A DNA stretch of 32,000 nucleotides from Aquamicrobium soli (GTDB lineage: Bacteria; Pseudomonadota; Alphaproteobacteria; Rhizobiales; Rhizobiaceae): NCBI RefSeq assembly GCF_042646345.1, contig NZ_JBHRTK010000012.1, forward strand, positions 75,330 to 107,329. Direction: 5' to 3'. This document shows, one piece after another, positions 10,823 through 18,718 of this stretch. The position numbers were made by a program, and so were the translations under genes. Each line of letters opens with the position of its first letter. Positions within the stretch are counted from its first letter, which is position 1. The notes beneath the pieces are model-generated. The model saw only the letters and a list, made by a program, of their open reading frames with translations, did no database searches and was not told the origin of the DNA.

Positions 10823-11618
10823 GCCGTTCCAGCAAGGCCGGGTCTTCAAAGAAACCGCCGCGATCCTCGGTGAACAGGTCGCGGATGATGGTGCCGCCCG
10901 CCTCGGTATAGGCTTGCGCGCCGACGAAGACCGCGCAGCGATCCGTCGCGGCCACGTTCATCTTGGTCAGGTCGCGCCGGATGATGGAGGGATCGCGGTT
11001 ATAGGACAGGTTCTCATAGACGTGTTCCTGCCGCGCGTGATCGTCGGTGATGGCGAAGGCCATCAACTGGTCCAAGGTCAGGTCGCCGTCGCGATAGACC
11101 TGCAACAGCTTCGGGCTGACCGCGCCGAGTCGCATCCGCTGCCTCACCACATGGGCAGTCACGCCGAACCGGGCGGCGATTTCTTCCGCGCCCCATCCAC
11201 GATCCTCCGAAAGCTCGCGGAAGCGCTCGAACTGGTCGGCAGGGTGCAGGTCTTCGCGGGTCACGTTCTCGTCAAGGCTGATTTCCGCCGCGTCGTTCGC
11301 CGTGTCGATGACGCAGCGAATGGGCTCGGTCTTCTTGATCTGCTTGCGCTTCACGCGCAGCATCTGCGCCAGCCTGCGGCCTTCCCCGATGCTGACGAGA
11401 TAGAAGCCGGTCGGCTCGCCGCCTGCGTCAAACTCCGGCTCCACCACCAGATTTTGCAGAATGCCCTTGGCGGCGATGCTCGCCGCCTTCGCCTCGATAG
11501 ACACCTCGCTGTGCGGGGTCTTACGGGCGTTCCTCGGATGCTTCTTGAGCTTGTTGAGCGGGATGAAGACGGTCGCGCCGTGTTCGACGATCGGGGCGGT
11601 GTTGTCGGTCGTGGTCAT
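10803..11618 (-). pseudogene. ParB-like N-terminal (nuclease/partition) domain protein of ICE/plasmid type, 3'-truncated
   Basis: ATG 11618 is preceded by TGGAGAAAGACC (SD). ParB-N motif LKKHPRNARK and an HTH region EIAARFGVTAHVVRQRMRLG. Homologous sequence ends at ...FFEDPALLER. The last roughly 6 codons and the stop are read from the reverse complement of the trbB fragment (10803-10822). Confidence 0.6.
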
Positions 11619-12083
11619 GGTCTTTCTCCAATGGGCTTGGGTTGAAGCGCAGCGCTGCGCTGCAACCCTGCCCGTCGGCGAGACCGGGGGGTGCAAGGTG
11701 CAAGGGCGACCGGGACGGAGGGGGATCACCCGGCCTGCACAAGCGGATCGAAGCCATGGCGAGAGTGGGAAACACGCATCCGCGCGGAAGGCTGGGGAGA
11801 CCGTCCCGGTCGAGCGCCAGCGATCCCTTGCGCCGCGCCAGGGGGCAGAGCCCCTAAGCGATGAGCCTGGTCAGAGCGGAACGGCGGCTTGGCGCAAGGA
11901 CCAGAGGATAGGCCGTTGCCGATCAATTCCCTAGGACGCGCAGAGAAAGCGACATTGGCGCGCTTTAATCGAAGGAATAATAGCTCATGATCCGGGAGAA
12001 CATACCGTTGTCATTAGAGATATGGCTCCTCCTCATCCATCGAGCGAGCTCCGCCCGGAAATTGAGTCAGTGGGGCATTTTCA

Positions 12084-12120
12084 TTGAAAACTGTCAGAAA
12101 AGCTCATAGAGTTCTGACGG
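12084..12120 (+). promoter_or_regulatory. Candidate sigma70-type promoter (TTGAAA-17-TAGAGT) with overlapping inverted repeat CTGTCAGAA/TTCTGACGG
   Basis: TTGAAA at 12084-12089 and TAGAGT at 12107-12112. Inverted-repeat arms at 12091-12099 and 12112-12120 match 8 of 9 positions. It lies immediately upstream of the AbiEi/DUF6088-like gene. Confidence 0.35.
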
Positions 12121-12130
12121 GAGAGTGGGT

Positions 12131-12724
12131 GTGCGACGGTTGACCGAACAGATTCTTGATCATGCAGGTGAGTTGCCGGAGGGAAGTCCTATCGCGGCAA
12201 AAGCCTTGCTCCACCTCGGCAACCGCGCTGCGGTGGATCAGGCACTGTCACGCCTTGCCGAACGAGGTCAGCTGATCCGCGCCGGGCGCGGCCTATATCT
12301 ACGACCTGTTTCCAGTAGACACGGTGTCCGCTCGCCATCGGTACAAAAAGCTGTTGACGCGCTCGCAAGCCAGAAAGGCGAGGTCATCGTGCCGAGCGGT
12401 GCCGCGGCTGCCAATACACTTGGGCTTACAACGCAGGTGCCAATGCGATTGGTCTACCTGACTTCGGGCCGTAGCCGAACGATCTGTTTCGGCAACCAGG
12501 CGATCGAACTGAGACATGCGCCTCGCTGGCAGCTTGCTCTGGCTAATAATCCCGCGGGTGTCGTAATTCGAGCGCTTGCTTGGCTCGGGCCTGAGAAGGC
12601 CGATGCCGCTCTCGTGGCACTGAAGCGTGACCTGCCGCCGTCTACGTTTAACGAACTTATTGCGGTAGCGCCGCAGCTACCGACCTGGCTTGCGCGAAGC
12701 GTCGGAAAGGCCGTTCATGGCTGA
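12131..12724 (+). CDS. AbiEi/DUF6088-like antitoxin-family winged-helix protein
   Basis: GTG 12131 lies 7 nt after GGAG (12120-12123); an alternative GTG is at 12125. Family-like segments LGNRAAVDQALSRLAERGQLIRAGRGLY, VIVPSGAAAANTLGLTTQVP, VYLTSGRSRT, IELRHA and APQLPTWL. Confidence 0.55.
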   Translation: MRRLTEQILDHAGELPEGSPIAAKALLHLGNRAAVDQALSRLAERGQLIRAGRGLYLRPVSSRHGVRSPSVQKAVDALASQKGEVIVPSGAAAANTLGLTTQVPMRLVYLTSGRSRTICFGNQAIELRHAPRWQLALANNPAGVVIRALAWLGPEKADAALVALKRDLPPSTFNELIAVAPQLPTWLARSVGKAVHG

Positions 12725-12880
12725 TTCCCGCCTCCGGTATCTCATCTTCACCCCGGGGGCATCCCCTCGGGCTTTGATCCACCAAAGTGTTATGTATTCC
12801 GCTGTTCTGCCGCAGATGCCTGAAGGCTGTTCGCTTGATCGAGTGCTAGGTCGGGAAATAGCTGGCAATGGAGAAACAAA

Positions 12881-14299
12881 ATGAAGGCGGCTCGAGCAAA
12901 GAGTAGCGGAGATTTAGTTAAAAGAATCTGGGGTCTTTGTCATATACTAAGGGGCGATGGGGTCAGTTATCATGAGTATATCTCTGAGCTTACCTATCTT
13001 CTATTTCTCAAGATCGCAGAGGAAACTGATACCGATAGGGCTTTGCCCGAGGGGTATCGCTGGCGCGACCTTATAGATTACCGCGGAGCTGATCTTCTAA
13101 CCTTCTATCGTGACATGCTGACATACTTAGGTGGTCATGCAGAGAATCGCGTGGTTCAAGAGATTTATGCATTTCCCACGACCGTATTCTCTCATTCGGA
13201 GAACCTGCGGGCGGTCATCGATGGAATTGCCAAGCTTGACTGGCATTCCGTTGATGCCGACGGAATGGGTGATATTTATGAGGGACTCCTAGCCCGTAAC
13301 TCTCAGGATGCGCGATCGGGTGCGGGGCAATACTTTACGCCCCGGCCACTGGTCGACACAATGGTGCGCCTGATGCAACCCGCTGCTGGTGAGGTTGTAC
13401 AAGATCCGTCATGCGGAAGCGGCGGTTTTCTGATCTCAGCCCAGCAGTTCTCCAAAATTATGTCTCCCGGCTCTACTACCTCACCTCGTTTCGAAGGTGT
13501 CGAGATCGAGAAAGGTACTTACCGCATATGCCAGATGAACTCATTTTTGCATGGACTGAATGCGGAATTGATACTTGGTGATGCACTAACTGCGGACGCG
13601 GCGGCACTGACGCCTGCTGACGTGATTTTGGCCAACCCGCCGTTCGGGAATAAGGCAGGCAGCGCGCGAAAATTAAGAGACGATTTGCCACATCGAACCG
13701 CTAATAAGCAGTTGGCGTTTCTGCAGCACATTAGGCTCGCGCTTAAGGAAGGTGGCCGTGCCGCAGTAGTCGTGCCGGACAACGTGCTTTTCGAAGGCGG
13801 TGTAGGGCGGGCAATTCGCGTCGACCTCATGGAAGAATGCGACCTCCACACCATCCTAAGGTTACCAAACGGCATATTCTATAGTCAGGGTGTAAACACA
13901 AACGTTCTTTTCTTTACACGCAGGACGAAAAACCCACGGAACTCTAGCCGTATTTGGGTCTACGACTTACGGACAGAAATGCCTCGTTTCGGTAAGACGC
14001 GTCCATTGCGGCCTGAGCACTTTAGAGAGTTCGAGGCCGTTTATGGAACGGACCCTTTTGGCAGCAAACGCCGTCCGGAATCTGCGGACATTCCCCGGTG
14101 GCGGTCGTTCAAACGGGAGGACATTGCGGCAGCGGGGGACAATCTCGACCTAATATGGATGACGCCGCGTGACGCTGACGAACCCGACAGCTCGACGTTG
14201 CAGGATGTGGCATCCACCGTTCTTTTTCATCTCCAGTCCGCGATCGCCGAAATTGAATCGCTGATGGAAGATCTGCCGGCGGACGAGGTGGAGCGATGA
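12881..14299 (+). CDS. hsdM: Type I restriction-modification N6-adenine DNA methyltransferase subunit
   Basis: 472 aa with GGAG 8 nt upstream of the ATG. HsdM_N region (IWGLCHILRGDG...ELTYLLFLKI), FTPRPLVDTMVRLM, motif I VQDPSCGSGGFL and motif IV ILANPPFG. Confidence 0.92.
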   Translation: MKAARAKSSGDLVKRIWGLCHILRGDGVSYHEYISELTYLLFLKIAEETDTDRALPEGYRWRDLIDYRGADLLTFYRDMLTYLGGHAENRVVQEIYAFPTTVFSHSENLRAVIDGIAKLDWHSVDADGMGDIYEGLLARNSQDARSGAGQYFTPRPLVDTMVRLMQPAAGEVVQDPSCGSGGFLISAQQFSKIMSPGSTTSPRFEGVEIEKGTYRICQMNSFLHGLNAELILGDALTADAAALTPADVILANPPFGNKAGSARKLRDDLPHRTANKQLAFLQHIRLALKEGGRAAVVVPDNVLFEGGVGRAIRVDLMEECDLHTILRLPNGIFYSQGVNTNVLFFTRRTKNPRNSSRIWVYDLRTEMPRFGKTRPLRPEHFREFEAVYGTDPFGSKRRPESADIPRWRSFKREDIAAAGDNLDLIWMTPRDADEPDSSTLQDVASTVLFHLQSAIAEIESLMEDLPADEVER

Positions 14300-15849
14300 G
14301 GAAGCTTCCCCGCGGCTGGGTGCAGACCTCCATTGGCGCGATCGCGGATCTTATAAACGGTCGGGCCTTTAAGCCTTCTGACTGGGGTGCGAGAGGTCTC
14401 CCCATCGTCCGTATCCAAAATCTCAATCGACAGGACACGTCCTTCAATCACTTCTCAGGAAATGTCGATGAGCGGCATCTCGTGCGCTACGGCGATCTGT
14501 TATTTGCGTGGTCGGGCACACCGGGTACGTCTTTTGGCGCGCACATCTGGCGCGGCCCGGAAGCGGTGCTCAACCAGCACATATTCAATGTACGTGTAGA
14601 TTCAGAAGCGGTTAACCGGGAATTCCTTAGAGCTGCAATCAACCACACCCTTGATCAGCAGATCGCAAAAGCTCATGGCGGTGCGGGGCTACGCCATGTC
14701 ACAAAAGCGGCTTTCGAGGCCACGCCGATCGTGCTGCCTCCTCTGGCTGAGCAAAACCGCATCGTAGAGAGGCTCAATGCCTATGAGCAGCGGATAGCCG
14801 CGATCCGCTCGAGCCTTGATGAGGGGGTCGTCGCTGTGGAGAAGGGGCGCTCAGCGCTGTTGGCAGCAGCCTACGATTTAACGCTGCTCCCTTCCACGGG
14901 ATCATATAGCTCCCCTGATAAGGCGCCTTTGGTTTCAGTTGGGGATATTTCTGTCAGCATCGCTTACGGCTCAAGCGCAAAGTCTTCCCCTACAGGAAAA
15001 GTAGTTGTTCTCCGAATGGGTAATATTCAACGGGGAGAACTCGACTGGTCTGACCTCGTCTTCACGTCGGACGAACGGGAGATAGAGCGCTACCTGTTAA
15101 AGCCTGGAGATGTTCTGTTCAACCGTACAAACGGAAGTCCGCAGCTGGTCGGGAAGACGGCAGTTTACCATGGAGAGATGGCCGCGATCCATGCGGGTTA
15201 TCTCATCCGGATTAGATGCGACGATCGCGTTCATCCGGATTACCTTGGATACTGCTTAAACAGTCCCGCTGGTCGCGAATACTGCTTCGCCGTTAGAAGC
15301 GACAGTGCAGGGCAGTCCAATATCAACGCGAAGAAATTGGCTGCATTTCAGCTACGTTGCCCCAGTCTCGAGGAGCAGCAAGCCATCGTGGATTTAGTGC
15401 GGTCCGGCATGAGTCGGCTTGCAGCTGGCGAGGCCGCCGTGACGCAGGCCATTAAGACGCTAGAGAGACTGCATCGTCGAATTATGGATGATGCTCTCGC
15501 GGGTCAGCTTAGCACTAATGATAGCAGCGACGAGCCGGCGAGCGCGCAGCTCGACCGACTAATCGCCACAAAGCAAAAACCCAAAATCCGCGCACAGACA
15601 CGGAGGAGCGGAGCGAAGATCATGAAGCGCACTGTATTGGAGATTTTGCAGGAAGCCAAAGCACCGGTCTCAGCCCAGCAAGTGGCGGAGCTCTATGGCA
15701 TAAAGGAAGGTGCGGCGCCTGAGGAGGTGGAGCCGTTTTATGCTGAGCTTCGAGCGCTGGACCAAGATGGACGATTGATTGCAGAGCCTGTCAAAGACGA
15801 TACCGGCGTCAAACTCGGTGACCGCCTCCAACTGAAAGCTGTCAGCTGA
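14296..15849 (+). CDS. hsdS: Type I restriction-modification specificity subunit with a C-terminal extension of about 100 aa
   Basis: The ATG overlaps the hsdM stop (ATGA, 14296-14299). Two TRDs are present (LPRGWVQTSIGAIADLINGRAF... and LVSVGDISVSIAYGSSAK...). Each is followed by a helical conserved region (LPPLAEQNRIVERL..., CPSLEEQQAIVDLV...). Extra tail from about 15538. Confidence 0.9.
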   Translation: MRKLPRGWVQTSIGAIADLINGRAFKPSDWGARGLPIVRIQNLNRQDTSFNHFSGNVDERHLVRYGDLLFAWSGTPGTSFGAHIWRGPEAVLNQHIFNVRVDSEAVNREFLRAAINHTLDQQIAKAHGGAGLRHVTKAAFEATPIVLPPLAEQNRIVERLNAYEQRIAAIRSSLDEGVVAVEKGRSALLAAAYDLTLLPSTGSYSSPDKAPLVSVGDISVSIAYGSSAKSSPTGKVVVLRMGNIQRGELDWSDLVFTSDEREIERYLLKPGDVLFNRTNGSPQLVGKTAVYHGEMAAIHAGYLIRIRCDDRVHPDYLGYCLNSPAGREYCFAVRSDSAGQSNINAKKLAAFQLRCPSLEEQQAIVDLVRSGMSRLAAGEAAVTQAIKTLERLHRRIMDDALAGQLSTNDSSDEPASAQLDRLIATKQKPKIRAQTRRSGAKIMKRTVLEILQEAKAPVSAQQVAELYGIKEGAAPEEVEPFYAELRALDQDGRLIAEPVKDDTGVKLGDRLQLKAVS

Positions 15850-15850
15850 T

Positions 15851-17524
15851 ATGCGCGTAGATAAGCTCACGATTGGATCTCCGAAAGATAGCGCCACGCA
15901 TAGGTTCAAGAACCTGAAGGACGTTACGATCGATTTTGATCAGAACGACTGGGTTACAGTGGTTATCGGCTGGAATGGCACGGGAAAGTCGAACGTGCTT
16001 GAAGCTTTGGCAGTGATCTTTCGCGAGTTGATTGATACGCGGCGATCCCCAAAGATCGATTTTGCTTTTGTTCTGAAGTATCGGATCGGCAGTGGCGATC
16101 TCCACCGATCAGTCACTATATCGCATGATCCTGACGAAAAAGAGCCATTTAACATTGTAGTGACGTTTATCCCTGTCGCGGAGGGGGCACCGGAAATGCC
16201 TCCAAAGCGTATGAGGATTGGGACATTCCTCAAAGACGATTCAAACCTACCGCGTTATGTCTTTAGCTACTACTCAGGCGAGAGTCCCCGAATGGGGGAA
16301 ATCTTCGCCCCCTATCTCCAATGGTACGATGAGCAGTTGCGGAAAGGCCGAGATCCTGGGCTCAAGCGGTTATTTTACGCTCTTCCGGTACATAGCCAGT
16401 TCGTTCTTCTTGCCTTTCTTATTGGAGGATCGCCCGCCGCCGAAAGCCTGCTACGTGATCATCTGGGTATTGATCCGGAGCATGGCTTCGAGTCGGTTCT
16501 CTTCGTGTTGCGGCAGCCGCCGTGGCCTCCCCACCGAGACGGGGATGCTCGGTTTTGGGGCGCCCGCGGCGTCGTCAGCAGCTTCCTAGATAGACTTCAA
16601 GAGGTTGCGCTCGCGCCAATCAATGTGCAACGGCGGGTCAATACGTCACTTTGGAACAAAACGCGGCTAGAATTCAAATATTTATACATAAAGGACATCG
16701 CAGCGCTGCGCCAGCTGGTGGGTGATCAGCCTCCAGCGCATTTTTTTCGCGACCTTGAGAGCACCTACGTCTCTCAATTGGTTGAGGAAGTGCGGATAAA
16801 GATCAAGGTCGACAACGGTGACGGTACCGTTACCTTCCGCGAATTAAGCGAGGGGGAGCAGCAGCTTCTAACGGTACTTGGTCTTCTTCGTTTCACGGCG
16901 GAAGAAGAAAGCCTGATATTGCTGGACGAGCCTGATACGCACCTCAACCCCAAATGGAGTGTTAAATACCTGGAGTTCCTTCGCCAGTTCATTGGCAACA
17001 CAGCTAGTGAGCAGGAAACAAGCCACGTGATAATGACGACGCACAATCCGATCGCGATTGCCGAGCTATCGTTGCAGCAAGTCCAAATTCTTCAGACCAG
17101 GATTGACGCAGGACACCGCAAAGTTGTGGTGTCGTTTCCAGACGAGCATCCGCGGGGGATGGGATACGCCTCGATTGTGACGAGCAATATGTTCGGAATA
17201 GCCTCGCAGCTCGATGAAACGACGCAGCTTGATCTGGAGCGACAGCGGCATCTCGCGTCTCGAGACAAACTAACTCCAGATGAAGCGACGGAGCTGGATG
17301 CGGTCAATGCGCGGCTAGACCAACTTGGTTTCCGGTTCTTCTTTCCGGATGACGAATACTCGCGGTACCTCCGAATTCGAAATCAAGAGATGGAGAGGGT
17401 ATTCGAAACGAAAGATGTAGAAGTCTTGGCGCGAAGGGTCGTTGATATGACCTTGGAAGAGCGGGAAGCTCTTGCTCGCCGTCTCATATCCACACTTGAG
17501 GAAGATGGGGGCGACATAGCGTGA
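15851..17524 (+). CDS. ABC/SMC-type (AAA_15/21/23-like) ATPase, PtuA-like
   Basis: The ATG lies 1 nt after the hsdS stop. Walker A GWNGTGKS (15968-15991), ABC signature LSEGEQQLL, Walker B LILLDEPDTHLNP and H-loop VIMTTHNP. About 285 aa are inserted between Walker A and the signature motif. No Toprim or helicase motifs were seen. Confidence 0.8.
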   Translation: MRVDKLTIGSPKDSATHRFKNLKDVTIDFDQNDWVTVVIGWNGTGKSNVLEALAVIFRELIDTRRSPKIDFAFVLKYRIGSGDLHRSVTISHDPDEKEPFNIVVTFIPVAEGAPEMPPKRMRIGTFLKDDSNLPRYVFSYYSGESPRMGEIFAPYLQWYDEQLRKGRDPGLKRLFYALPVHSQFVLLAFLIGGSPAAESLLRDHLGIDPEHGFESVLFVLRQPPWPPHRDGDARFWGARGVVSSFLDRLQEVALAPINVQRRVNTSLWNKTRLEFKYLYIKDIAALRQLVGDQPPAHFFRDLESTYVSQLVEEVRIKIKVDNGDGTVTFRELSEGEQQLLTVLGLLRFTAEEESLILLDEPDTHLNPKWSVKYLEFLRQFIGNTASEQETSHVIMTTHNPIAIAELSLQQVQILQTRIDAGHRKVVVSFPDEHPRGMGYASIVTSNMFGIASQLDETTQLDLERQRHLASRDKLTPDEATELDAVNARLDQLGFRFFFPDDEYSRYLRIRNQEMERVFETKDVEVLARRVVDMTLEEREALARRLISTLEEDGGDIA

Positions 17525-18378
17525 GGTATGTTGACATCGGTGATCTGCGTTTGGATGACGGTTGGCCCGCATTGGCGGAAACAGCCTGTCGAGACGTCAT
17601 AGAGAACGGTGCCAGTATTGCTAGCCACGATGATTTATGGCGGGATACTAAGAAGCGCTTGGGCGCGTTGCTTCACGACAAATGCTGGTTCTGCGAAACA
17701 CCCGTCGATCGATCAGATAATGCGGTTGATCATTTCCGCCCCAAAGGGAGAGTAGCGGACGCTCTTCAGGAACATAACGGTTATCGCTGGTTGAGCTTTG
17801 AGAGCCGCAATTTTCGCTTTGCATGTACCTTCTGTAATAGTCGAAGAGTGGATATCGAGAATGGGACTGCTGGTGGCAAAGCTGATCGCTTCCCCCTCGT
17901 TGATGAGGGCGCGCGAGTATACGCAGTTGATCCGGCGGTGATCGATTACGACGATTTGATTGCTACTGTAGAGGCCGAAACCCCGGCGATTCTCGATCCG
18001 TGTGACCCAGATGACTGGCTTCTGCTCGGATGCAAACGTGAGAATGGAAAGCCATGTGCTACCAGCTCCGAGCCCGCCGCCATCCGCCGTGTCGAGCAGT
18101 CGATTGAAGTATATCATCTCGACTATGAACCCACATGCAAACGGCGCCACACCGTTGCTGGCCAGCTTCTCGAAAAGGTGCGCGAGGCAAAAAAAGCATT
18201 TCTAGAGATCGATGAGGCCGATTTGAAAACTACGCGACGCTTTAAGCAGCTGTTTGTGGAGATACATCGTATGATCAAGATGAAGGCCCCTTTCAGCGGC
18301 GAAATGCACTTCTTGCTGCAAGGGCAGCGTTCTCCAGATCACCCCTGGATCGAAAACGTTCTTAGCGCAGGGGGGTGA
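17521..18378 (+). CDS. HNH (beta-beta-alpha-Me) nuclease, PtuB/TIGR02646-like
   Basis: The GTG start overlaps the ATPase stop (GTGA, 17521-17524). The motif block at 17683-17838 reads CWFCE-x10-DHFRPK...W...N...CTFCN, i.e. two Cys pairs plus the catalytic His. 285 aa. Confidence 0.75.
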   Translation: MRYVDIGDLRLDDGWPALAETACRDVIENGASIASHDDLWRDTKKRLGALLHDKCWFCETPVDRSDNAVDHFRPKGRVADALQEHNGYRWLSFESRNFRFACTFCNSRRVDIENGTAGGKADRFPLVDEGARVYAVDPAVIDYDDLIATVEAETPAILDPCDPDDWLLLGCKRENGKPCATSSEPAAIRRVEQSIEVYHLDYEPTCKRRHTVAGQLLEKVREAKKAFLEIDEADLKTTRRFKQLFVEIHRMIKMKAPFSGEMHFLLQGQRSPDHPWIENVLSAGG

Positions 18379-18718
18379 GGTGGGTTCAAACTGCCATCAA
18401 AATTCTGCTGAGTGGATCAGGGTACTATGTTTGAATACGCAGTTCGCGATCTCGCGACGGTGGGCGATTCACTGTGTTGAGGTATGATATGTAATGCTCA
18501 CGGTACTTTTTTGATGCTGATCAAGTTCGCCAAACCGGCATAGAGAGGTGCAAATGATCCGACTGGTCTCGATAGTAGGCGAAACCACGAAAATTTTTTT
18601 CCAGAAATTTTCCTTTTGAAATCAAAAGCATAACTTTTTGACGGTTCGCACGTCGGTTTGTGCGTTCTATTTGGATTAAATTTGTATATATTTCAAAGCG
18701 TTAGGTTGAGTTTGAACA

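Noticed and set aside
10640-10873. 77-aa ORF with a P-loop, considered as an intact small NTPase gene
   Set aside because: Only residues 8-61 resemble VirB11/TrbB. Both flanks are antisense to neighbouring gene remnants. I scored it as a gene fragment.
11619-11934. ORFs in the GC-rich spacer upstream of the ParB-like gene (11461..11934, 11642..11857, 11726..11926, 11521..11775)
   Set aside because: They overlap one another in several frames, are low-complexity, and show no family-like motifs. This is probably non-coding or degraded ICE sequence.
12690-12884. 64-aa ORF bridging the AbiEi-like gene and hsdM, considered as a bona fide gene
   Set aside because: It has no recognisable domain or SD and overlaps the upstream gene. 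I kept it only as a possible toxin stub in a finding and did not annotate it.
18379-18718. Searched the right island arm for an hsdR remnant (helicase motifs, PD-(D/E)xK)
   Set aside because: The track shows no ORF within 18379-18692; only a rejected 67-aa ORF at 18693..18896 enters its last bases. The sequence is AT-rich with homopolymer tracts. A very short remnant cannot be excluded without a tblastn search.
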